DNA of 64,000 bases from an uncultured virus (IMG/VR IMGVR_UViG_3300033888_000043) (lineage: Duplodnaviria > Heunggongvirae > Uroviricota > Caudoviricetes), in the IMG/VR virus record IMGVR_UViG_3300033888_000043; one strand, written 5' to 3'. A model generated the notes under the pieces. The model saw only the letters and a program-made list of their open reading frames with translations. It did not search any database and had not been told where the DNA came from. Shown one piece after another: positions 8,946 through 18,446 of the stretch. The translations under genes and the position numbers were made by a program. Each line of letters opens with the position of its first letter. Position 1 is the first letter of the stretch.

Positions 8946-10014
8946 ACTCTCCCGGCCCTACCGGCACATAAGGCTGGGAAGCATACCCTCCGTACGCTCC
9001 CGTTGCCGTGTTATAGCTGTTTGCTCCTGGGTTTGCTGCCCAGTTGGCGTTGCCGCCGCCGTAACCTCCGCCTCCACCGTTCATGGCGTTGCCGTACATT
9101 TGCGACATGCCATACCCGCCGATGGCGTTGGAGACTCCCGGCAGAATCGAGTTGTAGGCGTTCGTCGATCCCACGATGCCGGCCGCGTTGGCTCCCGCAC
9201 CTTGCATCAGGAAGTTTTGTGCGGCCTCGGTGCCTTGAAGCCCAAGCTGCGCCCCGGCCTCGGTGCCTTGAAGCCCAAGCTGCGCCCCGCCCATCGCGCC
9301 TTGCATGGTGTTCTGCGCACCGCCCATGGCCAGTTGGTTGCCTTGGCCTGCCTGGGTCGTTCCAAGTTGGTTGGCTTGTTGCGTTCCGAATTGTCCGGTG
9401 CCCAGCAGAGCCTGCAGGTTCTGCATGGTGTTGGTGCGGTTTGTCTGGTACGTGGTGAGAGCTTGGTTATACGCGGTGTTGTACTGATTCGAAGCGAGGC
9501 CGGAAGCGAACTGCGCCATCGATTTCTGAGTGCCTGCGCCTAGCGCGTCCCCGGTGGACGCCGCAGATCGCTGGACTCCTTGCAGACCCTGCTGCATATT
9601 GAACTGGTAGGCTGGGTTCGAATAGATCTGCGAGGGATCGAAAGAGAACTGCTGGGAAAGCGATCCGCCTGGAGCCACGGCTCCCATGAGGTTGTTCGCC
9701 CCCATGGTTCCAGCCTGCAAATAGGGGTTCAGGTTGGCGTTGAGCGGCTGATAAATCCCGCTCAGATTATTCGCTTGGTTGCTGAGAATCTGGTTGGCAT
9801 TGGCCGTTCCCCCGGCGATGAGACTTTGGCCCGCAGCCGTTCCCCCGGCGATGAGACTTTGGCCCGCAGTGGTGGCGTTGTTCACGGCAGCACCACTGGC
9901 CTGGCCCTGCGCATTCAAGACGCCAGCGGCTTTCTTGGCGGCTTTACCGCCGAAGATGCCGGATAAGATGCTGCCGCCGGCGCCGATGCCAGCCGTTATC
10001 GCCATGATGGGCAT
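8944..10014 (-). CDS. DNA transfer/pilot ejection protein (P22 gp7-like)
   Basis: G/A-rich hydrophobic N-terminus, LNPYLQAG and NPAYQF..QQG..RSAA..G motifs; follows the GNAT gene as in P22-like phages; two internal 33-bp tandem repeats. Confidence 0.85.
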   Translation of the reverse strand: MPIMAITAGIGAGGSILSGIFGGKAAKKAAGVLNAQGQASGAAVNNATTAGQSLIAGGTAAGQSLIAGGTANANQILSNQANNLSGIYQPLNANLNPYLQAGTMGANNLMGAVAPGGSLSQQFSFDPSQIYSNPAYQFNMQQGLQGVQRSAASTGDALGAGTQKSMAQFASGLASNQYNTAYNQALTTYQTNRTNTMQNLQALLGTGQFGTQQANQLGTTQAGQGNQLAMGGAQNTMQGAMGGAQLGLQGTEAGAQLGLQGTEAAQNFLMQGAGANAAGIVGSTNAYNSILPGVSNAIGGYGMSQMYGNAMNGGGGGYGGGNANWAANPGANSYNTATGAYGGYASQPYVPVGPGE

Positions 10015-10043
10015 TTGAGGTTTCCTTGGGAGGGGGTGGGTTT

Positions 10044-10069
10044 AGCTGAAAGCTGAAAGCTGAAAGCTA
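10044..10069 (-). repeat. (TTTCAGC)n heptamer array, first of about 21 in the window
   Basis: Minus strand TAGCTTTCAGCTTTCAGCTTTCAGCT, starting in the stop codon of 10067..10675. Confidence 0.95.
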
Positions 10070-10675
10070 CTCGCCGAAGTGATTTGCCAGCAGCAGTGTT
10101 TCGGGATCGAACGGCGCAATCTTGGGCCGCGCCTTCTGGCGCTCGAGCGCGAGGTCCGCGGCGATGGCGTCGATTTCTTCGGATGCGAGGTCGCGGCCGG
10201 GAATCCACTCGCTCACCATTCCGACAACGCCGGGCAGGCAATCCCGGATCTGGTCGAAATGGATCGAGTGCCATCCCGCAGGGAATCCGCGCGACCGGAA
10301 TTGGCGCGCAAACGAATCGCCCAGGCGGCCGACTTCCTTGATGTGCGCTTCCGTCAGCGCCCGGTGAAGCCAGCGGTCGCCTTCCGGCACTTTGAACGCC
10401 CGGTAAGCCGATTTCAGGGCTTCGTTGAGATCCCGGTAGGAGTAGATCCCGATCGCGCCGCCGTCGCGGAGCAGTTCTTTTTCGCGGTGGCAGAGCCACG
10501 GCACTTTGTAGACGGACCACGCTGGTGGCTGGTGGTCGGTGGCTGGTGGCTGGTGGGGAGGTTCGTAGTAGCCGCAACGGTGGCCGATGCCGCGCAGCTC
10601 CACGATGGCGGAGGCTATCTGGTAGAGGACGGTCGAGCCGCTCCGGATCATGCCGCAGCACAGGATCTCGCTCAC
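10067..10675 (-). CDS. Sulfotransferase-like P-loop protein
   Basis: CGMIRSGSTVLYQI (5'-PSB-like loop), YSYRD (3'-PB-like); in-frame heptamer array at ~10520-10558 encoding HQPPATDHQPPA. Confidence 0.65.
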   Translation of the reverse strand: MSEILCCGMIRSGSTVLYQIASAIVELRGIGHRCGYYEPPHQPPATDHQPPAWSVYKVPWLCHREKELLRDGGAIGIYSYRDLNEALKSAYRAFKVPEGDRWLHRALTEAHIKEVGRLGDSFARQFRSRGFPAGWHSIHFDQIRDCLPGVVGMVSEWIPGRDLASEEIDAIAADLALERQKARPKIAPFDPETLLLANHFGE

Positions 10676-11148
10676 GCCGCCGCCCCCTTCCACTGTTCCC
10701 GTGTCAACTCGTAAGCCCGGTAGCCGTCGTCAGGAAAGACGTTCTTGAGCCGCATCCCCACGCGGAGATTGAACAAGCGCGCAACGCGGTTTGTATCCCT
10801 GACAAGTCCGATGACGTAATTGAGCGGCTTCTCCCCGGTGAACACGATGCCCATTATCTCGCGCACGGCCTGGTCCAGGTACTTCTTGCCCCACGCCCAC
10901 TTGGGGCTGGCCACGTAAGCCTGTCCGGCTTTTGTTCCCCAGGGTTCCAGGATGACGGCGCCAGCGAGCGATCCGTCGTCGGAATACACGGCCCAGCTCC
11001 GGGACGCCGCCAGCCTTTCGCGCATCTGCGCCTCGAACGTAGGCCAGTCGGCAGGGAATTCTGGCGCGCGCGCGATCGCGGGGACCGACGCCAGCCATTG
11101 GTAGAGATCGGGGATTGATTCGAGGGGGAACGGTTCGGAGATGGTCAT
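10672..11148 (-). CDS. GNAT-family acetyltransferase-like protein (P22 gp14-like position)
   Basis: WAWGKKY motif-A-like segment, N..A..F..RVGM motif B; lies upstream of ejection genes. Confidence 0.7.
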   Translation of the reverse strand: MTISEPFPLESIPDLYQWLASVPAIARAPEFPADWPTFEAQMRERLAASRSWAVYSDDGSLAGAVILEPWGTKAGQAYVASPKWAWGKKYLDQAVREIMGIVFTGEKPLNYVIGLVRDTNRVARLFNLRVGMRLKNVFPDDGYRAYELTREQWKGAAA

Positions 11149-11339
11149 CTGGAACCCATCGACCGGCCCAGCCAGCCGCCGGCGGCGCCCGCCAATCCTT
11201 CTGCCCCAGGCCAGCCCAGCTTCCACATTGCGAGGGCTACGGCTAGGGCGATGAAGCTGATTACGACGTGGCCGGCTTCGCGTTCCACGAAATCGGCCAG
11301 GGAGAATTCCCCAGAGATGAGCACCAGGTTGATTTTCAT
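11145..11339 (-). CDS. Small membrane protein (holin-like)
   Basis: 64 aa with hydrophobic segments; overlaps start of the GNAT gene. Confidence 0.5.
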   Translation of the reverse strand: MKINLVLISGEFSLADFVEREAGHVVISFIALAVALAMWKLGWPGAEGLAGAAGGWLGRSMGSR

Positions 11340-11407
11340 AGAAAGAATAAGAAAAAGCAAGCCACGAAGGAGAACAGCGGTATGCTGGTGAACGAAAGGA
11401 GCAAGCC

Positions 11408-11593
11408 ATGCGGCAGAAGTACATCGACTTTTGCATCGGGTTGAACGTTCCAGGGCTGAACCCCAGCGTGCTGGGCCAGCAGTACGACGCCATCAACGCC
11501 AGCGCCGAGAACCGCGACACCTTCCGCGAACTGATCGCGGGATGGGGCACGGGAGAGGGCAAAACCGCGCACGCGGGCGGAACCCAATCGTAA
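11408..11593 (+). CDS. Hypothetical protein, antisense insert
   Basis: AAAGGAG SD and TATGCT -10 upstream. Confidence 0.6.
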   Translation: MRQKYIDFCIGLNVPGLNPSVLGQQYDAINASAENRDTFRELIAGWGTGEGKTAHAGGTQS

Positions 11594-11806
11594 ACTGAGA
11601 CCTAACGGGTGCGGCGCATCTTTCGGCGAGCAAGAATCGCCATGCGCCGCGCCCTCTTCCTGCCGCAGATCCCATCGATTCTGACCTCTGCATCCTCATT
11701 CGCGAAGTCATCCCAGGTGTCCCAGGCGAAGCCATTGTTCCGTAGCATGTTGGGGATCCAAAGAGTTTTCAGCTTTCCAGTTTTCAGTTATCAGCCAAAA
11801 CCACAC

Positions 11807-11855
11807 GCTTTGCCCTTCAGAAAGCGTACCGGTCGGTTAGGGTATGTTATTGCCC
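11807..11855 (+). repeat. Orphan copy of the tnpB element 3' end
   Basis: GCTTTGCCCTTCAGAAAGCGTACCGGTCGGTTAGGGTATGTTATTGCCC versus reverse complement of 56766-56813 GCTTTGCCCTTCAGGAAACGTACCGGTCGGTTAGGTATGTTATTGCCC. Confidence 0.9.
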
Positions 11856-11858
11856 CCA

Positions 11859-13361
11859 TCACTGTACGTAGCTGCCCGCGGCGATGCTTGCTCCTGCCGC
11901 TGCTTGGGATTGAAGTGCCCCGATATCCAGGTAGCCGGTACCCATGGGAGAAACTCCGGGAAAGCCGGCAGCCTTGAGCGGCGCGCCGCCGCCAGCCGTG
12001 GCGTTGAGGGCGAAGTTTCCTCCGCTGTCGGACACGAATGGATTAGCCGAAAGCGCCCCGTCGCCGTTGCCTGCTGGCCATCCGTTCTTTGCTCCCAAGC
12101 TGTTGGACCCGTACCAGTTGTATCCGTTGTACGAGGGGAAAAAGTCGCTTCCCCATGGGTAATATGGCGTCGGCCCAGAGGCTCCAGGGGTGTCAATACC
12201 ATAGCCGCCGTTGCCCCAGAAGATATTGTCCATTAGGCCGACGGTGACCAATTGGCTATTGATCAGCAAGCCATCGACCGTGTTGGAGTCAAACACGTTT
12301 TCGATGCCCTGGAACACGGATGGGGTATTAGCTTCGAGTTGTACGCCTACATGGTTTGCGTAAAAGACGTTCCCAATCAACGTAATCATTTGGTAGTTTC
12401 CCCGGTTCGCATCCCAGAATCCTTGGCCAGCATTGTTGTGGACGTAGTTGCCTTTCAGGAAAGCGTGATCCCCGGAATTGATCGCACTGGTCGTGCTGGC
12501 AGTGATCTCGCTGTCTTCCAGAATCAGGGAATCAAAAACTTGATTGCCGCCCGTGTTGTCTCCCTTGAGCGCCACGTCAAAACCGGTGAGGACACAATCA
12601 GTGACGGTCAGATATCCGTTTCGCGGATAGGCTGCAATGCCATGCCAATGGGTACCCGACGACGTGTTGGACAAATAGAGGCTATGAAATGCCGCGACTC
12701 CGTTGCCCGATGACGTGCCAACATCGAAGAGGTCGGTCGAAGCCGTGGTTTGGGTGATGATCGGGCAGGTTGCGACTGTGGTGCAGGGGATGCCAGAAAG
12801 ATCGCCATGCGTCAGGTTGTATCCGATAACGCTGTAATTGAGTGAGGCTCCAGACATACCGGCAGACAGCGTTGCGGTTTGCGTGTACGTCCCGGTCTTC
12901 ACGTAGATAGTGTCGGGATAACCCGCAACGGCAACCAGGGTCAGGGCTGCCGCAACGGTTGCCTTGGATCCCCCCAGCACTCCGGTGCAAACCGATGCGG
13001 CGGTTCCCAGCGAACGGTCAAAAGTCGCGGTACCGCCCGATTGCGACAACATTTCAAAGGTCCCCGTGGTGCATCCCGTGCCGCTCGTGACACGCAAAAG
13101 GTTCCCCGGCCCGTGCGTAGTGGCCGTGAATGGCTGCAACACGCTGGTTGCTTGAGTGGTGGTCGCCCCAACCAGGACATCGACATAGGCTGTCCCTGCG
13201 TTCTGTTGGCTTTCATCCGTGCCTGGGGATGTCACGCTAGGATCAAAACCGCCAGCGTTAGAATCGCTGCCCGGCGTACGGACATCCAAAATGATCGTGT
13301 GATTAAGCGCCCCATACGACGGAAGCCAGCAGACCAGAAAAAGCAGAATCAGTTTACGCAT
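11859..13361 (-). CDS. Right-handed beta-helix (tailspike-like) protein with signal peptide
   Basis: DTIYVKTGTY, repeated N/G beta-helix rungs (LKGNYVHNNAGQG, LIGNVFYANHVG, MDNIFWGNGGYG), C-terminal LDIGALQ; N-terminus MRKLILLFLVCWLPSYGA. Confidence 0.75.
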   Translation of the reverse strand: MRKLILLFLVCWLPSYGALNHTIILDVRTPGSDSNAGGFDPSVTSPGTDESQQNAGTAYVDVLVGATTTQATSVLQPFTATTHGPGNLLRVTSGTGCTTGTFEMLSQSGGTATFDRSLGTAASVCTGVLGGSKATVAAALTLVAVAGYPDTIYVKTGTYTQTATLSAGMSGASLNYSVIGYNLTHGDLSGIPCTTVATCPIITQTTASTDLFDVGTSSGNGVAAFHSLYLSNTSSGTHWHGIAAYPRNGYLTVTDCVLTGFDVALKGDNTGGNQVFDSLILEDSEITASTTSAINSGDHAFLKGNYVHNNAGQGFWDANRGNYQMITLIGNVFYANHVGVQLEANTPSVFQGIENVFDSNTVDGLLINSQLVTVGLMDNIFWGNGGYGIDTPGASGPTPYYPWGSDFFPSYNGYNWYGSNSLGAKNGWPAGNGDGALSANPFVSDSGGNFALNATAGGGAPLKAAGFPGVSPMGTGYLDIGALQSQAAAGASIAAGSYVQ

Positions 13362-13452
13362 GTTTTACCTCGTGATAAAATGAGAGAGCGGGCGCAGTGG
13401 CGAGTCGCATCGCCACCGCCGCCCTAATCACTCGATCTACTAAGGAGACCGA

Positions 13453-13965
13453 ATGCCTAGTTTCAATCCTAAACCGCTGCCGATCCCTTCGGCAAGCGAT
13501 ATCGCGCGACTCTGGAACTTTATCGACAGGCGCGGACAAGATGAGTGCTGGCCCTGGAAAGGTGCGCGCAACAGACAGGGTTACGGGTGCTTTGGATTGC
13601 AGGGAGACAACTACCAGGCCCACCGAGTTGCCTATTTGGTGATGACGGGCAAAGACCCCGGCTCGCTTGCTTTGATGCACAGTTGTGATAATCCGCCGTG
13701 CTGTAACGCTGCGCACTTGGCCCCCGGCACAGACAAAGAAAACTCGTGCGATGCCACAAAAAAAGGCCTGAACAAACCGCCAGATCCCAAGTTCCACACG
13801 AGAGGCGAAAGGCATCCGCTGAGCACGATGACCGCTCTTCAAGTTCTGGAAATCCGGGAGCGCCATGCTGCGGGTGCTCGCGTCTGCGATCTCGCCAGAG
13901 CGTACGAAACGACGCCCCAGAACATTTGCATTATCGTGCAGCGCAAGAACTGGACTCATATCTAA
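13453..13965 (+). CDS. HNH homing endonuclease (HNH_3 type) with C-terminal HTH
   Basis: ECWPWKG..GYG..AHRVAY..LMHSCDNPPCCNAAHLAPGT..N; AAGGAG SD; upstream hairpin and TAAAAT. Confidence 0.92.
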   Translation: MPSFNPKPLPIPSASDIARLWNFIDRRGQDECWPWKGARNRQGYGCFGLQGDNYQAHRVAYLVMTGKDPGSLALMHSCDNPPCCNAAHLAPGTDKENSCDATKKGLNKPPDPKFHTRGERHPLSTMTALQVLEIRERHAAGARVCDLARAYETTPQNICIIVQRKNWTHI

Positions 13966-13966
13966 A

Positions 13967-15331
13967 TCACTGAGCCGCTACGTTGATGTTGGCGTTCACC
14001 GAAGTGCCCGCCGAAAAGGTTGAGCCGACGAAGCACACGGTAGTGCCCGCCGCAAGCGTTGTGGTCCAGCTTGTCAGGGTGGTATCCACTTTCCCCAGGA
14101 CCGAGGTGAGCTGTTCCCCGCCGTTCGAGATGTCGGAGGCCCCGGAAACTCCGGTGCTGATGAAGGTGGCGAAGGTGGGCTGCGTCTCCACTTTCACAAG
14201 CACGGTATCGACCGTTGCGCCGTCGCCCGCCACCGCGTGAAAGGCGTTGATCGTGCCTGCAAAGGCTACGTACACGCAGGACGTCAGAGCGGTAGGCGTG
14301 AGCACCGCCCCGATGGTGCGGATGTTCTGGTTTGTGGTGGGCGAAACCGGCATTGCCCCGCCGTCTTGCAGTTCGCCGCCAGTCCCGATGAACTGCGCCA
14401 CATGCAGAGTTGTCGGGGCAGCGGCAATCCAGTTTGCCGTGCATCCGGGAGATGCTCCCGCCGTGCAGGGCACGCCATTCACGTTGGTGACTACCGGCGG
14501 CTGCGCGTTGGTTTGGTCGTAGTTGATGGCCGAGCTTCCGATGGCAGAGATCGCCGTGTCGAGTGCCCATGTGGTGCTGTTGTTTACCGTGCCGCTGGTC
14601 ACCGGGATTACTCCGGCATTGTTGATGGCGGTGACCGTGTTGAAGTCCGTCGCGCGCGTCAGAATATAATCCGTCGAGCCGTTTCCAACGGTGGTGAGCG
14701 AGTATATTCCGTTCTGGAGCGCCGCCGCCTGGTTGTTCACCAGCACCCGCTGGTTGAGCGTGAGGGTTACGCCGTCCACAATCAGAGCGCCGAAGCTGGT
14801 TGCGGTGAGCGTGGCGCCCACGCCCGAGCTGCCATTGGCGTAGTTCGGCGCGTTCGACAGCACCCCCGTGGTGGCCGCCGCTACGGCCGTCGCCGGATTC
14901 AAGGCCGCCAGTTTCTGCTGCACCCAGTTGGTAGTGGCAATCTGAGTCGAGTTCGATGTGCTCGCGGGCTTGGTGGCCGTAGGACTTCCGGGCAGATTGA
15001 GGCTGTTTGCCAGCGGCGTGGGATTTGGATACGTCGCCCCTGCCCCAAAAATGCCGCCAGCCGCGCCGGTCGGCGGACCGCCCGAGCCACTCACTGCAGC
15101 CCAGTCCGCAATCACCGTGCATCCCCCCGAATTATTACAGGCGAACAGGTTGCCGCTGGCGTCCTGGCACTGCACGCGCACACCGGCCGTAGTGTTGCCC
15201 GGTCCGGGCGTGGCCGCGCAGGCGATGACTCCGCCACCACCGCTGCTGCTGGGCGGGTTTACGACCTGGGCGCGCAGGCCCAGCGCTGCGAGGACGAGGA
15301 CCACAGAGAGGGAAATCGAATGTCGTTTCAT
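13967..15331 (-). CDS. Tail fibre-like protein with signal peptide
   Basis: LPGSPTATKP..STQIATTNWV fibre repeat and IVDGVTL..QRVLVNNQ..QNGIY..LTRATD domain; N-terminus MKRHSISLSVVLVLAALGLRAQ. Confidence 0.78.
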   Translation of the reverse strand: MKRHSISLSVVLVLAALGLRAQVVNPPSSSGGGGVIACAATPGPGNTTAGVRVQCQDASGNLFACNNSGGCTVIADWAAVSGSGGPPTGAAGGIFGAGATYPNPTPLANSLNLPGSPTATKPASTSNSTQIATTNWVQQKLAALNPATAVAAATTGVLSNAPNYANGSSGVGATLTATSFGALIVDGVTLTLNQRVLVNNQAAALQNGIYSLTTVGNGSTDYILTRATDFNTVTAINNAGVIPVTSGTVNNSTTWALDTAISAIGSSAINYDQTNAQPPVVTNVNGVPCTAGASPGCTANWIAAAPTTLHVAQFIGTGGELQDGGAMPVSPTTNQNIRTIGAVLTPTALTSCVYVAFAGTINAFHAVAGDGATVDTVLVKVETQPTFATFISTGVSGASDISNGGEQLTSVLGKVDTTLTSWTTTLAAGTTVCFVGSTFSAGTSVNANINVAAQ

Positions 15332-15389
15332 GTTTGCCTTCAAAAGCGGGGTTTGGCTGATTGCTGATGGCTGAAAGCTGAAAGCTTCT

Positions 15390-16544
15390 TCACCCTGTCC
15401 ATCCTGAGTTGCTCACGGTAGGCGTGCCCGACACGGGGCAGATGGCAATCGAGCAATTTGCAACCGCCGTGCCGCCCAGCGAATCGGTCACCTGAACCGT
15501 AAACAAAAACTTGCCCGCGAAAGTGGGCGTGCCACTGATAACGCCCGTGCTCGTGTTGAGCGTCAATCCCGGTGGCAGAATACCGCCGACCAGGGCGTAT
15601 GTGTACGGCGCCGTTCCCCCACTGGCCACCATCCCGTGTCCCAGCCCTCCAGGTCCGTAGGCAACGCCAATGGTTCCGTTTGGCGGGTTATCGCAACTCA
15701 GTTGGGGCGGTCCGCCAAGGTAAGGGAAGTCCTGATAAGCCAGACAGCCTGAGCGAACATTGTACGGGTTGCCGTCAAAGGATGCCTCAACGGCAATGGC
15801 GAAGATGACTCCAGTGCCGCTGCTTGAAAAATAAGGGGAGCAGGCATCCGTTGGGTTGTAGTTCCCGCCGACGAGAAACACGTCGAGAAACTGGTTGACC
15901 AGGGCCACCCCCACCAGGTTGCAGGCGGCGCGCGCCGGGTTATTGGACGCCGGCGTCATCTGCAATCCTACTTCGCCGGTGTCGGAACAGTCCGCTCCGC
16001 CCACGCTGCCATTGTTTGCGAGCGCGCGGAAAACAACAGTATCCGCATTGTCTACGCCGGTCTGGTCGCTGGTCAGGTAGCAATAGAAGTGCGCGCCCAA
16101 AGATCCCGGCGAAAGCCCCATGCCCCATACCTGATAGAGGTCGGGGACCTCGAATTCGGCGACGATTAAACTCGGGCTGTTGTTGACCGAAGGGCTGCCG
16201 AAGTTGTCAAGGCCCAGAGACCAGTTGTCGAAGGTAACGGTACAACTGCCACCCGTGACATTCTGCGCGATGTAAAGCAACGACAAATACTGCGGGTTGT
16301 TATCCATCGACCCGGCCGACTGGGACATCAAGACATAGGTGTTGCTTAGGTTGTCGGTGCAGGGGATGTCGGGATACTGAATCGTGAACGTCGGGTACGT
16401 TCGCCCAGGGAAGATCGCCCCGAAGAACGCGACGATGATGTTGCCGTAGGCTACCGGGCTTGGAAACGAAACCTGCGCCGTCCCCGTTGGCGTCCAAGGC
16501 CCGACCGCTGTGGCGTACTGCACGAGATGGAAGCTGGCGCTCAT
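15390..16544 (-). CDS. Virion protein with C-terminal Ig-like (He_PIG type) domain
   Basis: ASGGTAPYTYA..G.LPPGLTLNTSTGVISGTPT..G.F.FTVQVTDS. Confidence 0.8.
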   Translation of the reverse strand: MSASFHLVQYATAVGPWTPTGTAQVSFPSPVAYGNIIVAFFGAIFPGRTYPTFTIQYPDIPCTDNLSNTYVLMSQSAGSMDNNPQYLSLLYIAQNVTGGSCTVTFDNWSLGLDNFGSPSVNNSPSLIVAEFEVPDLYQVWGMGLSPGSLGAHFYCYLTSDQTGVDNADTVVFRALANNGSVGGADCSDTGEVGLQMTPASNNPARAACNLVGVALVNQFLDVFLVGGNYNPTDACSPYFSSSGTGVIFAIAVEASFDGNPYNVRSGCLAYQDFPYLGGPPQLSCDNPPNGTIGVAYGPGGLGHGMVASGGTAPYTYALVGGILPPGLTLNTSTGVISGTPTFAGKFLFTVQVTDSLGGTAVANCSIAICPVSGTPTVSNSGWTG

Positions 16545-17296
16545 GACAAGGTAGAGAACAGCAGGCCGATCATGACGATCTCCTCGCTGCCCACCGCGGG
16601 CGAACCCGGAGAATAGCTAAAAGTGATGAAATTGTCCGCGTGCGGATAGGGCACAGTGCAATCGGCAACGGCTCCGGTTTCAAGCGTCGTTGGGTCCAGG
16701 TATGTCTGCCGGACGGCCGGCACGTTTCCCACGTAATAGGTCGGGTAGAGGCCCACGGACCAGGTGCGCGCAGTATTAGTGCTTTCCCACTTCTGCGCCT
16801 TAATGAACGCCACCAGCGTCTGGTAGTATGCGCCTCCCGAGGCGTTGTAGCGGCTTTCGATGGTGAGAGTTGGAGGCATGGCGCCGTAGACGAAGTATCC
16901 GTTGGGACCCTTTGTAGCCTGGAAGCACTGGATGCCGACGTTGCAAGGGGCGCAGCCCACGGGCGCGTATTCGAGCAGCACCAGCTCAGGAGAAATTCCA
17001 GGCGTGGCCGCAACCAGACCCGCAGCCGTCACGGTGTTTGGGCCAGGCTTCAGGATGGGGCAGACCCAGACTTCGGAGTTCCCGAAGTTTGAGTAATAGC
17101 CAGGGAACTGATACCAGACGTTGCCGTTCGTGTCGGTTACTCCCGACGACGGCGTGCTCGAATCTTGGCTGATCCAGGCGATGCCGATATTCCCCTGCGT
17201 GTTGTTCGAAGCGAAGGCACAGGGCAAATTTCCGCCCGAGATGCCAGAGACGCCGAAGTACGCGACGTTGGATTGGACCCAAGTGAGACCCGGCAT
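16541..17296 (-). CDS. Beta-rich virion/tail protein, partly similar to the N-terminus of 15390..16544
   Basis: VQ..F.S....GNI....W....TD..GN.. pattern shared; 4-bp overlap with next gene. Confidence 0.65.
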   Translation of the reverse strand: MPGLTWVQSNVAYFGVSGISGGNLPCAFASNNTQGNIGIAWISQDSSTPSSGVTDTNGNVWYQFPGYYSNFGNSEVWVCPILKPGPNTVTAAGLVAATPGISPELVLLEYAPVGCAPCNVGIQCFQATKGPNGYFVYGAMPPTLTIESRYNASGGAYYQTLVAFIKAQKWESTNTARTWSVGLYPTYYVGNVPAVRQTYLDPTTLETGAVADCTVPYPHADNFITFSYSPGSPAVGSEEIVMIGLLFSTLS

Positions 17297-17428
17297 TTAT
17301 GCGGCCAGCTTCCCGCGCAGCTCGGCGAGCGCGCTCTTTTCCAGGTTTGAGATTTGGCCGCGCGTGACGTTGAAGGCGCGGCCCACCTCTTCCTGTGTCT
17401 GCTCGTCGTAGTAGCGCATTATTGTCAC
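17297..17428 (-). CDS. Stand-alone sigma-70 region 4 HTH mini-protein (43 aa)
   Basis: (V)TIMRYYDEQTQEEVGRAFNVTRGQISNLEKSALAELRGKLAA; GTG overlaps upstream TGA and TAA abuts the next ATG. Confidence 0.65.
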   Translation of the reverse strand: MTIMRYYDEQTQEEVGRAFNVTRGQISNLEKSALAELRGKLAA

Positions 17429-17790
17429 GGGGTGACTTCGAGGGTGCGATCCGATGCGCCGGATACCGCCAGGCGCGTCAACTGCGGCATGATGATGCAG
17501 CCCTCCGATGCGCTTTGATCGTGGCGCGAATTGTCGCCGTGCATGAAGAAGCCGCTTCGCCCGTGCATCTCGTTGCTCGGGTCCGGAGTCAGCGGCATAG
17601 CCAGCGGGCCGAGGTGATCGGGCGGATTCAGCGGATGGCCCACAGTGTAGATGCCTTGCGGCAGCGGCCCGCGGTCCACCACGTCTTGCATGGCTGGATT
17701 ATTTAACCCCGCGCCATTTCCGGAATAGCCAGTGCCGAGCACGCCGCCGTCGTCGCTGGTCAGTTGCCCGGTGGTCTGCGAGTACTTCAT
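17425..17790 (-). CDS. Tlde1/DUF2778-like L,D-transpeptidase-fold protein
   Basis: GYSG..G.NNP..GPLPQG.Y..GRSGFFMHGDN..SASEGCII. Confidence 0.88.
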   Translation of the reverse strand: MKYSQTTGQLTSDDGGVLGTGYSGNGAGLNNPAMQDVVDRGPLPQGIYTVGHPLNPPDHLGPLAMPLTPDPSNEMHGRSGFFMHGDNSRHDQSASEGCIIMPQLTRLAVSGASDRTLEVTP

Positions 17791-18446
17791 AACGTGTTAA
17801 ACTCCGGGTCGATAACCGCAGTCGGACCCATGATCTGCGTGCACGCCTTGTACAGCTTCATGCGCACCAGGTCTGCCGGCGACGTCGCCGAGAAGTCGCG
17901 GTGCAGTGCGACCCCGGAGTTCTCAAAGATCGCCGTGTCGTAGGCGCTGCAAAACATGCGGCGGTACGTCTCGCTCTGGCACACATGCGCGCCGATGAAT
18001 GGGATGGATCGCCAGAGGTACGCGAAGTAGCCGGGGATGTCGTACTTGACGCTGCCGTTTTCGCACTTCGCAATGAAGGCGTAGAACTTGTTCCAGTCGA
18101 TCTGGGCGCGCACTTCGTCGGCGAGCGCCAAGTGCCAGGCGCACGAACCGGCCGCGGCGTAGTCCACGGTAAGGACTTGCTCCAGCGGGTGCGTTTGCGG
18201 CCCCGAGATCTTCTTCTTGGTGACCGGATCGGTGAAGATGGTCGACTCCGTGACCCAGATCGCGGGCGACGGCTGTTTCGCCGCTTGCGGCCACGCCAAC
18301 TGCTTCCTGACCATCGCCACATGCGATAGCTTCGATCCCGTGTAGCCGTCGATGATAAAGCTCAGCGGCGCGCGGCCGGCGAAAGCGATCACGTCGCCTG
18401 GCAGCATGTTCGGCGCCGCGGCGCGGTATTGGGTGAGGTCGTTCAC
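17787..18446 (-). CDS. Permuted papain-like NlpC/P60 (YiiX/YebB-like) amidase
   Basis: LPGDVIAF, SHVAMV, YD and FCS motifs in His-before-Cys order. Confidence 0.8.
   Translation of the reverse strand: MNDLTQYRAAAPNMLPGDVIAFAGRAPLSFIIDGYTGSKLSHVAMVRKQLAWPQAAKQPSPAIWVTESTIFTDPVTKKKISGPQTHPLEQVLTVDYAAAGSCAWHLALADEVRAQIDWNKFYAFIAKCENGSVKYDIPGYFAYLWRSIPFIGAHVCQSETYRRMFCSAYDTAIFENSGVALHRDFSATSPADLVRMKLYKACTQIMGPTAVIDPEFNTL

Noticed and set aside
9223..9868. 33-bp tandem repeats in the gp7-like gene and GGGY repeats at 7530-7595
   Set aside because: Ordinary in-frame coding repeats in low-complexity ejection proteins.
10520..10558. GCTGGTGG (E. coli Chi) occurrences here and near 35.0, 36.2 and 43.6 kb
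   Set aside because: By-product of the TGGTGGC heptamer arrays; no evidence the host uses the enterobacterial Chi sequence.
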